Shown here: positions 47,773 through 60,635 of the stretch, piece after piece
How the letters are laid out: every line of letters begins with the position of its first letter
Numbering within the stretch: position 1 is the first letter of the stretch
From: Camelus dromedarius
Lineage: Eukaryota
Length of the DNA stretch: 64,000 nucleotides
Assembly: GCF_036321535.1 (NCBI RefSeq)
Contig: NC_087436.1
Span: 116,562,001-116,626,000, forward strand
Direction: 5' to 3'
Notes under the pieces: generated by a model
Databases searched by the model: none
The model's input: only the letters and a program-made list of their open reading frames with translations
What the model was told of the DNA's origin: nothing
Translations under genes and position numbers: made by a program

Positions 47773-50139
47773 TGAAGCTATTACTGTAAGTATTCCACAC
47801 AAGTAATTCTTTTCTCTCCTGTTTGGAGAGAAAAAACAAACCTTAGAATGTAGTTAAGTCACGTTATATTTATTAATAAGTATTTCAGAGGAATAACTAC
47901 AAAACATACAGTGAAACAATTTATGAAAATAAGGCACATTCAGTAAGGAGTTTATGTGTTACATTTTGTAAGAATAACGTATGTAAGAAATTTGTTTTAT
48001 TTTCTCAATCAGAAATAATATTTTACTTTCATAGAGGATCAAGTTATGAATTAAGTATTTTTATATGAATTAAGTATTGACAAGCTCAGAGAACAATGCT
48101 ATGCATTTATATGCTTCTTAATTTTGCAGTAGATTATTAGTCTACATTTTCCTCCTCCCAGCTCACTCAATAGATTAACAAGGTCAACAGCTGTTTGTTT
48201 GGGTTTTTTTTTATTAAAGTGGAATTTTGAATTTCAAATAATTTAACTGTTTGTAAAAAAAATACACTAAGTACTTGAGAGAATGTTAATATAGTTTTCC
48301 TTTTGGACATACAAAGATAAATTCAATTTGGTACTTGACATTGAACATACTCTTTTCGATTTGTAATGAGAAGACATATGCTTAGGAAACATTGTTAACC
48401 ACTGAATGTATATGGATTGTTTATACCAGGAGAATGAATATGTGCTTTGAAATCTTAATCATAAGCATTTGATGAAGTAGTTAAATTGATTTCATTATTG
48501 TTTTCATCTTTAACTGGATTATTTCTTTTTTTTTTTTCTGTAGTAAACATCCTCACCTAAAAATAGAAAGAGTATAAAGTTTTTGCAACATATTTTCTCT
48601 TCACTGGGCTTCAAGATTGTTTCAAACAGTAAATATGATTCTGGTAACTTGCCGTGAAATTCACTGCCATCAATGTTCATTTTCTTATCTATCTTTTTTC
48701 CTGTAAATGCAATTATTTTTTTCCTGAAAAGAAGAACGGGTATTGATGCATAAGTTTGCTGCCCTCCTGAATATTTTAATCAGAAGATTCAGTGTTAAAA
48801 TGAATAAAATTGCACTAAAATTTAATCCATGACTTATAACGGAGTGATGTGAACGTTATCAGTAACATTTTGTTCTTACAATAAGCCTACTTTTTAAAAA
48901 TACGTTAAATAGATTTTCTATTACATAGGGTGGCTGGCAACTAGCCAAACATTTACTTGAATTGTTATAATGATGTTTTCATACAAAAGATCACCTAATC
49001 AACCCAGGAGCACTTGCTGTATTTACCTGAAAGGAAGATGATGTTTTTTCCCCCAGTAATTTAACTCAAGGACCTAAACGGTTGATATTTTCTGGAAGAA
49101 AGGGGCTTCTTTCATACACTAGCATCATATCACAGTGAAGAAAAGTAAGACAGGTTAAATTCTTTTGAGTTTGGGAACCACAGAGTATGTCTCAAGGTCC
49201 CAGTTACTGAAATGGCAATGAAGGTATTCTTTGTGCCTGAGGGAATGTGACTGATGAACTTACAGAATTAGGGATGTACAGATGAGCACAATGGATTTAG
49301 AACTGATACATTTAAAAGAGGAACCAGTCATGACAACAAGAGAGCAAGACCAGGACTGGGCTAGATACTGGTCTCAAGGTTGAACCCTCTTTGTATTGGA
49401 GTATCCAGCTCTGGTCTCCTGTTTTTTGCAAACCCAGGACTCATTGATTTCGTATCTCTCACTATGGGAACCCCCTAAGAGATTACCTAGAGGAGAATAT
49501 TAGTGAAATAAATATCTGGGCCAGAAAGCAGTGGGGAAGTAAAAGCAAAGAAGGCACACAGACCCAACAAACACTGCTGGAGAAGGAAACTGACCTTCTA
49601 AAGGAGCACAGTCAGAGGTTAGGAGACCCAGTTAAGTCCTCCTGAAGGAATATCGAACAGAAAGGGAAACTGAGAAGATAGAAATGCTATTTTAAGTGTG
49701 GAGCAAGTAAAAGCCAGGGAAAGCATTTCTCGAGGAGCACAGGGCAGAGGTATTGGTGCTCTGGGGATCCCCAGGAGCACCGGCTTCAGAAACATCAATA
49801 GCTTCATTCAGGGATCTGCGGAGGCTGTTTTGAGTCCCAGCTGGAACAAATGTAGGTCTAAGCAAGCACCTTCCCCAGGAAGCAGGTTTCACAGCCCTGA
49901 CTGAAAATACGGCAAGTCACAGCCACCAACTTACCGTCAGGACTAGGAATGCCTGCTTAGGAGAGAATAGCAGCCTTGTCACTTAAGAAGCTCAACCTCA
50001 GTGTGGGATTTCAGAAACCAGACGCTCAAAGGGAAAACGGGAAATTAGAAGCTTTGAGTAAGTCGAAAGGAAATGAAAGGTATTTCAATCAAACCTGGTG
50101 ATAGGAGTTGGCACCATGTAAGTTTCTAAACTTTGAAGA

Positions 50140-50390
50140 ATAATTTCCAACATTTATCGGGTGCTTGCTGTGGGCTGATCACTGTTCTGTTTTACATAGA
50201 TCAGCTCATTTAATTCTCATGACACTCTGATAAAATGAGACCCATTTTTAATTCTTTTTTTTTTCTTACAGATACAGACATTCAGAGCCTGAGAGTAAGC
50301 AACTTGCCCAAAGTCACACAGATAGTAAGAGGAGGAGCTGGGATACAGGCCGGTGAGGTCTGGCTCCAGAGAAAACCCTCTTAATCACTG
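50140..50390 (-). mobile_element. MIR SINE
   Basis: ctcatttaattctcatgacactct...aagcaacttgcccaaagtcacacagatagtaag. Confidence 0.85.
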
Positions 50391-51524
50391 TAGCATCACA
50401 CAAGGAAGGCATGAGTCTGCAAGGGAAGAGAGAGCTTCCCTGCCCTGCTGTGTCGCATGCATGGTACCAAATTGAGCTCTATCAAGAGAACTCGTCCCCT
50501 AAGGCAAATTGCATATTCCAGGAAACGCATGGGCTGACACCTTGGAAGACTGAAAGTGAGATGTTCCCTTCTTGGTGGGGCAGACACTGTGGCTGACCAA
50601 GCCTGTGTCCAGTTCCATCATCTCCTTGCCCTCTTTCCATCCACAGGTGGTCATGGGTCGGTCATCATTCCATCCATTGAGATTCAAGTAGAAAAATTCT
50701 AGTTGCAAATTCCAAGAGAGTATTCACTTGCCTGACTGAAAGGAAAACTTATTCTGGTGTGCCTTGTCATGCATTGCCCTGTTTTCTTTTTCATTCCTGG
50801 AATTCAAGTGTGATGCCCAGAGGGACAGCAGCTATTCAGGGACAATGAGGAGAGACTCTAGCGGAGGATGGCATCATAAGAATAGAGGATCATGAGACCT
50901 GGAGAGGATCACCCAGCATCCTCCCCAGCCCTGGGCTGACTGCCTGGATCTCTCACTCAGGAGACAAATAGACCATAATCACCTAAAAACATAAAATTTA
51001 AAAATTTAGATAATTCTTTTGAGCACTTTATGCAGATCTTTCTCTGTTTTATCTCTCAAATCTATCCGAATTTTTAATAACCACAATGTCCAAGGGGGTG
51101 AGTCCTTAATTCTGAGTTGCTTCTCAATGGTCTCTGGAATCCTAGCTCCTCCCACTGACACTGAGCAAGTAACTCCCTGAAGCCCACTGAAGGTCTTTCT
51201 TCTCTTCCTCTGACAGAGAGTGGTGACTCCAAACACCCCATCCAATCTAGTAACTACTGAAGCACCTTGCCCTTTCCTAATGTGTATGTCACCTTCTGCC
51301 TTTCTTACCACTCTAGCTTTAATTTTATCAAGAAAGCATGAGATCTGAGAGAGAAAAAAATTTATGTTTTACGAAGAGTTTGAGAACGTTACATGTTAAA
51401 CTTTTTATATGAACAGGTTATTTAATTTGTTTTCCCTTGTGCTTTTTGTTTAAATTTTTAAGCTGAAGATAGAAAGGTCACTAAAATTAAGGAAGACATT
51501 GAAGGTTATAAAAATATTGCAAAT

Positions 51525-51702
51525 CAGTGATTCTCAAAGTAGGTCCCCAGGATCAGCGCCATCAGCATCCCTTGGGAATGGCTAGAAATGCAAATCCCAA
51601 CCCCAGATATGCTGAGTCAGAAACTCTGGGGGTGGGACCAGCAAGCTGTGTTTTGCAAGCCCTCCAGAGGGTTCTGACGCATGTCAAGTTTGGGAACCAC
51701 TA
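51525..51702 (-). mobile_element. MER5A
   Basis: cagtgattctcaaagt...gtcagaaactctgggggtgggaccagc...gtttgggaaccact; terminal inverted repeats visible. Confidence 0.88.
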
Positions 51703-52029
51703 CTCTGGATTCTAAGCTGTCCAACTAACCCCCTTCCATCCAAGAAACACATTCATATACTGAAATGCAAGCTCTGTGAGAGCAAGGCCCCAGTCATATT
51801 TATCTCTTGAGTCCTCAATACTTCATAATGCACCACATACAAAAAGATCCATTGATGAACTGTGCAAGCCAATAAATGAATCAGAGAACAGTGGTGATAG
51901 CTTATTCTTAAAGCAAACCCAAGTAAAAGCACCTAATTCATAAGTTTGAATTTGAAATACTATATATGAAATATCAGACATTGTTCTTCATCATAATAGT
52001 TCTGTCCTTTTAGTATTTTTGTTTCTACT

Positions 52030-54170
52030 CTGAGTTATATTTTATATGCAGAAAAGTGTGTAAAATACACAATATAGTATAGCAGAATATAATCTAACAT
52101 TTTTAAATGAAGTAAACATGTAAGTAACTAGCATCCAGATTAAGAAATATAATATTTCCTTGCTTACATAGAAGCTACTATGTCTCACCCGCTCTGCCTC
52201 CGCCCTTGAGAAGATCTGTAATAATCACCCCCTCCCTTGTTTTCCCGTCCATGCATGGATCCTTCAAGAAATGCCATTAGGTTGTGCCTGTTTTTGAATT
52301 ACAGTGAATAGGTCTTTGGGACTTCGTTCTTCCTCTTTGGATGAAATCCATCCATACTGACGCATGTAGCTGCAGTTCATTTTCTCTGCTGTAGAGTTAT
52401 ATTGTGTCATTGTTCCTTTTTTTTTTTTTTGATCCATTCTATTTGGGAGATTTGTATTGTTTGCACATTCCCCAGCTACAGCAGTCATTGTCTCATGACC
52501 ACACTTGAGCCAAATAGACCCACTTTCCCCTCCCCTGGCCCCACTTAATTATTTTGAAGCAATTCAAGGTCTCATATAATTCCATCCGCAATCTGTAAAG
52601 TTCTTTTGAAGAATAGACATTCTTAATTCTAATTGGCCACATTAAGCAATCTTATTTAGGCAGGACTGGCCTTTTAGACTAGTTTAAAAACTTTTTCCTA
52701 CTACAAGTTTATTAAGCAATGTTTTTATTTTATTTCTATTTTTTAAATTTTTTTACCTTTCATGTATAGATCTTAATCCACCTGAAACTGGTTTCTGTGT
52801 AGGAGAGTTAATTACATTTCTTGTTGTATACGGTTACCAAGTTGTCTATAGGACACTGAGGGAAATTCCATCAGTTCACCACTGGCCTGCACTACCATGT
52901 CCACCATGTTTAAAGCTTCTGGATCTGCACGGGTCTGGTGTCTGAGCTTTCTGCTGTGGTCAGCTTGTTCATACTACGCAGCCCTTTCATCAATAACTTG
53001 TGTCCTCATAAGTCCTTAAGATTTATAATCTGGTAGAGCAGGTATTCCCTTCCTTCTCTTCCTGGAGAACACCTTTGAAATTTCCATGTAATTTTCTAGA
53101 ATTAGCTCACTATGTTGCAAAGACATTGTGATTTTGGTTAATGTGGCTAGGTTATCTGTACAGTACTGGCTGTGTGAATCCATGTGCATAATACATATCT
53201 ATTTTTAGGTCTTCTTTGGTATATTTTAATAGAGTTCTGGGTCTCTCTGAAAGACCTGTATAACTTTTTTTGTATTTATTGTTAGGTAATTATATCTTTA
53301 TGCTATTATAAACTTATAAATTTGACTTCTGTTTGTTGTTAGCATATAGAAAACAATTGATTTTTATATTGATTTTGTATCTAGCAGCTGTGCTGAATTC
53401 TTATTAATTCTAATATTGCATTATAATTTCTTTTAATATTTGTAGCCATCTATTGTTGCATAATAAATTGTCCCAAAATCTAGTGGTTGAAAGCAGTAAT
53501 AATAATTTATTATTGTTCATGCTTTCTATGGATCAGGAATTCATATAGGGTACCATGGAGAGTAATGTCTCCACTCTGCAATGTCCTCAGCTGGACGGCT
53601 GGGGACTGGCATCATCTGAAGTCTTGTTCTCTTCCCTGCAATTGCTGCTGACTCGGCTGAGAATTCATCCGAGGCTGTTGGCTGAAACACTCACATGTAG
53701 CCTCTCCTCCCAATATGGTGGCTGGATTCCAAAAGCAAGTGTCCTGAGAGGCGGAGAACCATAGCACTATTTCTGCTGGACTCCATTAGTCTGGGCAGTC
53801 ACAAATCCCCTCCCAGTTTCAAAGAGAGGGAACTCAGAGACCCCCACTCCCTGGGGGAGTGTCAGTTACATTCTAAACAGTATCATATAAGATACCATTG
53901 CTGGGCTGTGTCAGAACCTACAACTTCCCACAACATTGTATGCACAGAGAAATTATCTACAGATAATGACAGTTCTGTTCCCTCTTTTACAATCTTTGTT
54001 TAGTTTTTGCCTTGCCGTACTACACCAGCAGGTCACTTTAATACCACGCCAAATAAAGGGATGAGAGGGAGATCCTTGTATTTGTTTCCCTTCATCTCAG
54101 AGGGACTCCTTTTAAACACCCCACCATCAAGAATGACTTTTGTTGTAGGTTTTGTTTGGCTGTACATAGC
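52030..54170 (-). mobile_element. Ancient L1 (L1ME-type) with a nested MLT1 LTR (-, about 53440-53930)
   Basis: Antisense L1 text aacaattgatttttatattgattttgtatctagc; MLT1 start ttgttgcataataaattgtcccaaaatctagtggttgaaagc. Confidence 0.72.
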
Positions 54171-54171
54171 A

Positions 54172-54810
54172 TTGTAACACCCATGTGCCCCAGCAAGGAA
54201 GGATTTGCTGCCCAGCTGTAGAGATGTGGTCAGCAGACAGGTTCCAGCTGTCAGCCCTTCAGAGTCTGCTGAGTTGTAGACAACTGTCTCAGCTTGAGGT
54301 CATGCCCTACCCGGAGCAGCCTGCCTTGGGAGACCAAGACAATTGCAGGTATGAAGGTCTGGCCATTTTGGCCCAACATGGGCTCCTCTGATGCATGGTA
54401 CTAGATCCAGAGATCTCCACTGTGTTTTCTGAGGTTCCTTCCTGCTTCAAACCACTTCCCTTCACAGGTGTTGATCCCTAAAACATATCTTGCAGCCCAA
54501 ACTCCATCTAAGTGCCTGCTTCCAGAAAACCCACCCTGCAGCCCCTGGCACAGGAAGTGGTAGAATAAAGTGGGTAATGAGAGGAGACTTGGAGATGAAT
54601 GGTCAACCTCTTGGCTGGAATAGGACCCCATCCCTGGTAGTAGGCGGAACACAAGGAGCTTTGGAAGAAGATGGTGACCCAGTTGTTACAACGTTTACCA
54701 GAGGTGAATTCTGAAACTATCTTGATGGAAGACAGTGCATTACAGGGAGAGGAGTATCAGGTATTTGAGATGACTGGAGAAAATAATAGCCATAAATTTA
54801 AGGGGACTAG
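54172..54810 (+). mobile_element. LTR16A-type ERVL LTR (about 54172-54542) plus the start of the internal region
   Basis: LTR end tgcctgcttccagaaaacccaccctgc followed by a PBS-like tggcacaggaagtggt. Confidence 0.7.
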
Positions 54811-54814
54811 ATGA

Positions 54815-55188
54815 TATATCATTTTGCTAGGGCTGACATAACAGAATACCCCAGACTGGGGAGTTTAAACAATAGAGATTTACTTTCTCACAGTTCCAGT
54901 AGCTGAGCCCAAGATGAAGGTATCGTCAGGGCTGGCTTCTGTGAGACCACTCTCCTTATCTTGGCTTGGTCTGGGGAGACCTCTTTCCTTGGCCACCTTC
55001 TCATTGGCCTTTACATGGCCTTTCCCCTGCGTGTGCATCCCTGGTGCACTTCTTATAAGGACAGCAGTCCTATTGGATCAGGGCCCCACCCTCATGATCT
55101 CATTCAACTTTTATTATCCTTCAAATACTGTCACATTGGGAGTTAAGGGTACAGCATATGAATTTAGGGGGAATACAATTCAGTCCAC
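54815..55188 (-). mobile_element. MLT1A-type MaLR LTR
   Basis: tttgctagggctgacataacagaataccccagactggg...ggggaatacaattcagtccaca. Confidence 0.88.
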
Positions 55189-55242
55189 AAGAAATAACTA
55201 TTGCTAAAGCAGCACTGATGCTCTACAAAATGATAATGAATG

Positions 55243-56563
55243 GCAGCATATAAATCAGTGAAGCTAGAACACTCCCTCACACCATACACAAAAATAAACT
55301 CAAAATGGCTTAAAGACTAAAACATAAGACAAGACACAATAAACCTCCTAGAAGAAAACATAGGCAAAATATTACCTCACATACATCTCAGCAATGTTCT
55401 CCTAGGGCAGTCTACACAAGCAGTAGAAATAAAAGCAAAAATAAACAAATGGGACCTAATTAAACTTACAAGCTTTTGCACAGCAAAGGAAACTACAAGC
55501 AAAACAAAACAACAACCTACAGAATGGGAGAAAATATTTGCAAAAGATGAAATGGACAAGGGCTTGATCTCCAGAATATATAAACAGCTCATGCAACTTA
55601 ATAAGAAAAAACAAACAATCCAATCCAAAAATGGGCAGAAGTTCTAAACAATCAATTCTCCAATGAAGACATATGAATGACACATGAAATAGGCACATGA
55701 AAAAATGCTCAATATCACTAACTATCAGAGAAATGCAAATCAAAACTACAGTGAGGTATCACCTCACACCAATCAGAATGGCTATCATTCAAAAGTCCAC
55801 AAATGATAAATGCAGGAGAGGGTGTGGAGAAAAACGAACCCTCCTACACTGCTGGTGGGAATGTAGTTTGGTGCAGCTATTGTGGAAAACAGTATAGAGA
55901 TTCCTCAAAAGACTAAAAATAGACTTACCATATAACCCAGAAATCCCATTCCTGGGCATATATCCAGAGGGAACCCTAATTCAAAAAGACAAGTGCACCC
56001 CAGTGTTCATAGCAGCACTATTTACAATAGCTGAGATATGGAAACAACCTAAATGTCCAATGACAGATGACTGGATAAAGAAGAAGTAGTATATTTATAC
56101 AATGGAATATTACTCAGCCATAAAAACTGATAAAATATTGCCATTTGCAGCAACATGGATGTCCGTGGAGAATGTCACTCAAAGTGAAATAAGCCAGAAA
56201 AAGAAAGAAACATACCATATGATATCACTCACATGTGAAATCTAAAAATAAATTAAAAGACAAATGAACTTACATATAAAACAGACTCACAGACATAGAA
56301 TATAGACTTGTGGTTCCCAGGAAGGAGGAGGGTGGGAAAGGATAAACTGGGAGTTAAAGATTTGCAGATACTGACTGGTATGTGAAATAGATAAACAAGA
56401 TTATACTGTACAGCACAGAGAAATATATTCAAGATCTTGTAGTAGCTCATGGTGAAAAAGAATATGAAAAAGAATATATGTATGTTCATGTATGACTGAA
56501 GAATATGCTGTACACCAGAAATTGACACAACATTGTAAACTGCCTATACCTCAATTAAAAAAA
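55243..56563 (+). mobile_element. 5'-truncated young L1, about 1.3 kb (ORF2 C-terminus plus 3'UTR), disrupted
   Basis: Track ORF 55697-55897 [25 protein letters not shown]...[15 protein letters not shown] is the L1 ORF2 Cys-rich C-terminus; A tail. Confidence 0.95.
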
Positions 56564-56705
56564 GACAAAGACATTAAAATAAATGTTTGAAATATAAAAA
56601 ATATATACATATATATATATATATGTTGAATCAGAAAAACACCAGCACTGATGGGAACTTTGAATATTGTCCATCTCTCCTATTAGGAAAAAAAAATTTG
56701 ACCTC

Positions 56706-56859
56706 TGTCAGAGAGAAATAAAGTTGGACACTACTTAAACTGGCAAGAATAGATTTTAATCAGTAATACACTATTGCAACAGGAAAAAGAGCCCAGTCTA
56801 GTCAAGAAGATTGCTCAGCAGTCTGACTAGAGTCTGGTCAGGAGAGAATCTTTGCTACA
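56706..56859 (-). mobile_element. Possible internally deleted ERV LTR
   Basis: TG...CA-bounded segment tgtcagagagaaataaagttggacactac...aatctttgctaca resembling the two ends of an LTR. Confidence 0.4.
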
Positions 56860-58481
56860 TCTAAAGATCAAACAAATGATTATAAATCAATAAAAAATGT
56901 TTTAAAAAATAAGAATCAAACAACTGGCCCAAAGTCACCCAAGAAAATACGGAGAGTGATTGGACCAGGACCCTAATTTACAGACTGCCACTGGCTGGTA
57001 ACAATTTACGAGTAGAAAGTATATACTTCCAAAGATCATTTCCCACCCATAGAAAGAGCCCCAAATCTAGAAAGCCAGCTACTTGAGCCGTTCCGGCTAA
57101 AATAAAATAATAACATGAATCCTCTGTTCACTCTCTCTGATGAAAGTGACATATGGAGAAGCTTCTTTCTCGGCACACAATCCATAATTCAAACAGAAGC
57201 GCTGCCTACTTCCTCATTAGCTAAATTGTATTCATTGCAGAAAGCAGCTTTTGGTAGCAATATCGATCAGCAGGAAGTAAGATGGAAAAAATTAGCACAA
57301 TTTGAAAACTCCAGTCTCTGGGGTGGAACTTGCCATCTGGGAGAGACTTATTAGGAAAGAAAGAAGGAAGAACTATCCCTGCATTACTTTCCCACTTTTG
57401 TGTGTGCAGTCAGTCCTGGTTAATCTGAGCCCACCAACACGGAGTTTGTGTTAACTCAGATGACATTTGTCATCCAGATGTTCCACCCAAGACATTTAAC
57501 TTGCAACCCTAAAGTTTCTAATGCAAGTTAGGTATGTCGTCCTTCACTTCTTGAATTGCTTTTATATGTGGCCATGTGTGTAATACCTACAATGTACACA
57601 GTGAGCAAAATGAGGGCATTTCATTTCTATTTTAATTCTCGCATTTCAGTTGCTTTGATAATTTTATCCTCCTTTCCTCATTTTAAATTAATACCATTTT
57701 ATATGACAAGAACAATTTCCTTTTTATGGTGTGCTATTTTACTTCAAAAAGCTTCTTTCCACCTAAGTAACAGAGGTATATTTTTAAGTAAATTGTTAAG
57801 GTAAAAATGCAATAAAATAAGGGTCTGAGGCATGGTACTCTCCTCTGAGAAATTCACAGAAAAATCTTATACAAAACATTTATTATTGAGGAACCATATT
57901 ATCTTCCCTTTTGTATGTTTCAATAACTGAATAATTAGCACTCTGCAAGTAAACTGAAATGAAATTACACTCTCCTAAATCCATTATCTAAGTTATTTTT
58001 AATAATTTCCTGTTTACTTGCAGTTTCAAAATTGTTTATATTTCACTCCACTTTTTTTTTAATCAGTTCACTCCTTCAGATGCAATGTAAATGGATTGAC
58101 TAAAGATGTAAACTGTTTCCAAAGAACAGGAATTGACCCACATAATTGAGTGAGAATTTGAAGGTAATGGGAGAGGGGTTCTGTCATGAGGCAGAGACAA
58201 TAGTAGGAGGTAAATAGCCTGTAATGATTCATTTCTTCCACTTACACTTCTGTGTTTGCTATAAATTTCCAATTTGTTTGAAGTGGTTTCAAATTAAAGC
58301 TAATTATCAACTATCTCTCCATGCTTTTATTGCAGTAAATATATGATAGATATCTCCACGTCAACACACTGTGTTGGGGGGAAACCCAAAGAGAAATAAG
58401 AGCTAGGCTCCTGCCATCTGAAGGACTTGTGTGCTACTTGGAGAGGAAAATAGAAAATGGGTACAGAAATAATACATGGTG

Positions 58482-58903
58482 ATCTATTAGTTTCCTGCAG
58501 CTGCTATGACAAATGTCCACAAACTGGGTGGCTTAAAATGATAGAAATGCATTCTCTCATGGCTCTGGAGGACAGAAGTCCAAATCAAGCTGTCAGCAGG
58601 GCTGTAGTCCCTCCAGGGGCCTTAGGGGAGAATCTCTCCTTGCTTCTTCCAGCTTCTGCTGGTTCCTTGACATCCTTGGTGATCAGTGATTTGTAACTGC
58701 TTCAGTCCAGTCTCTGCCTCCATCCTCACAGGGTGCACTTCTGTGTCCTAGTATGTCCTACTCTCTGGTTATAAGGGTACCAATCATTGGATTTAGGGCC
58801 CACCCTAATCTAGTGCAAAGGCCCTATTTCCAAATAAGGCCACATTCTGAGGTTCGCAGTAGAGATGAAACCTGGGAGGGGGAACACTAGTTAACCTACT
58901 ACA
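58482..58903 (-). mobile_element. MLT1B/C-type MaLR LTR
   Basis: tattagtttcctgcagctgctatgacaaatgtccacaaactgggtggcttaaa...ccaaataaggccacattctgagg. Confidence 0.88.
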
Positions 58904-59984
58904 GGTGGTAAAAAGCAATGCTGAGAAAGAGAGGTATGATCTGAGTTTGACTGAAAACCCCCAGAAACAGAAAGCAGGGTACCAGGCATCATGGAAAACA
59001 GGACTATGCGTTCTTTATCACTGTTCACCCCAAGCTTCTCACTTCTCCTGGGACAAGTGGTAGTCTTTTGAAACTCTGTAAAATGGTAAATGGATGTTTG
59101 CCTCTGTAATTTTTATTGAGACCCAAAAGCTGGGACCATCAAGGTGAATTGCTCATATGTTCTATCAGGAGGAGCTAAGTCCGTCTCTGCCAGACTGCAG
59201 GAGAGATGGACAAAACAAGTCCTGAGACCCAAAGCTCACCCCCAGCCTAACTGTCCATCTGTACAGCCCAGAGTCATTAAGTAGATTTTTTACTTTTTGG
59301 AAAGTTGTTAGTCTAGAAGGATGGACTGAGAATTTTCCTCCTCTGGGGAGGTTGGAACAGGTATGAGAGGAGGCCTTGAGTTCCAGTCCTGACACTGGGC
59401 TTCATAAAATGTGGTGAGAACTTTCTGATGAATTGATTCATGCCTCAAATAGAAGGGCACAGGGATGGTGTTGGATACTTACCTCCGTGGGAAAGGCTGG
59501 CTGGATCTGCCCCAGCAGCAGACAGGGGACAGAGAAGTGCAGTGGGAACAGCACTTCTCCAACAATGCAGCAAGGTCAGGCTTCCTTTGTGTCTAGGGGA
59601 TAATGCATAGAGCAGATAGATTAGCGTGGTCTCAAAAGGACCCTCTTCAATAGGTCTGCCTGCAGGAGACAGCAAGAAGCCAGCAGAAAATGACTGGAAG
59701 AATCTCATCAGAAGTAGGAATAGAAGCAGAGTCAAGAGCCATCAGAAGAATCAAGAATTACCCTTCTCAGGAAGTAGTGCAGAATGAGGAATCCAGCCGT
59801 TGTACTGTAAGATACTCCTCAAACACCCCAGGAGGGAAGGTCAACCTTAAGATATTTGTCATGTCAGAGAGCATTTAACACTTAAGGGAGACCTAAACCT
59901 GCACCAGCTACATAAAACTGTACCAAATTTTTCCTCATCCCTCCTCATGTTAGTGGAGGAGTCAGAAACAGCGAATGCAGCCCA

Positions 59985-60635
59985 GAGGGAAAGTGGAAGC
60001 TTTAGCAGTAAAGATAAGCTAAGTTATGCTGTGATCACACACGCATGCACACACATATGCACCTCCTTAACTTAAAACAAAGACTTCTTTCTCACTCATG
60101 TTTCGTGTCCATCCCAGAAGCTCTGCTAATTACATCATCCAGAGACACAAGCTGAATACTGCTGGTGTATCCAGGAAGGGAAAATGAAGCATTAACTGAT
60201 TTTTATAGTTCCATCAAAATGGTACACAGCTCATTGGCTAAAGAAAGTCACATGGCCACAGCTAACTTTAAATGGAGGGCCAAGTGTGGTCTTACCATTC
60301 TGAGAAGGAAAAAGAGCTGGAATGTCTGTGGGAAGCTCTAAGGAATACCAAAACAAGCAAGGATAACACAACAGGCTGCATCCTCCCTTTCTCACTGCTG
60401 GTTTCAGAGCCTTTTTACTGGACACAGAATAAGGCAGTGGAGCAGACCAAGAGCCCGTATTCAAAGCCAGCTGACCTGTCGTCACAGAACTTCCCAGTCA
60501 AGACTAATCTAGTCCAGCTGAACCACAGTCACCCTGCAGAGAGGGCGGCTGAGAATTTCTGCTCACTGCTGAAAGCCATTAAGTTTGGAATGGTTTGTTA
60601 CAGAGCATTGTTACAAAAATAGCTGACTGATACAT
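59985..60635. mobile_element. Old MLT1 LTR fragments (- at about 59985-60330; + 3' end to about 60635)
   Basis: ctcattggctaaagaaagtcacatggccacagctaacttt; aagccattaagtttggaatggtttgttacagagc. Confidence 0.65.

Noticed and set aside
55243..56563. L1 ORF2 as an active element or gene
   Set aside because: 5'-truncated, with stops and frameshifts.
59475..59485. ATACTTACCT matching the 5' end of U1 snRNA
   Set aside because: Similarity stops after 10 nt; it is only a consensus-like 5' splice site on the minus strand, with no supported exon.
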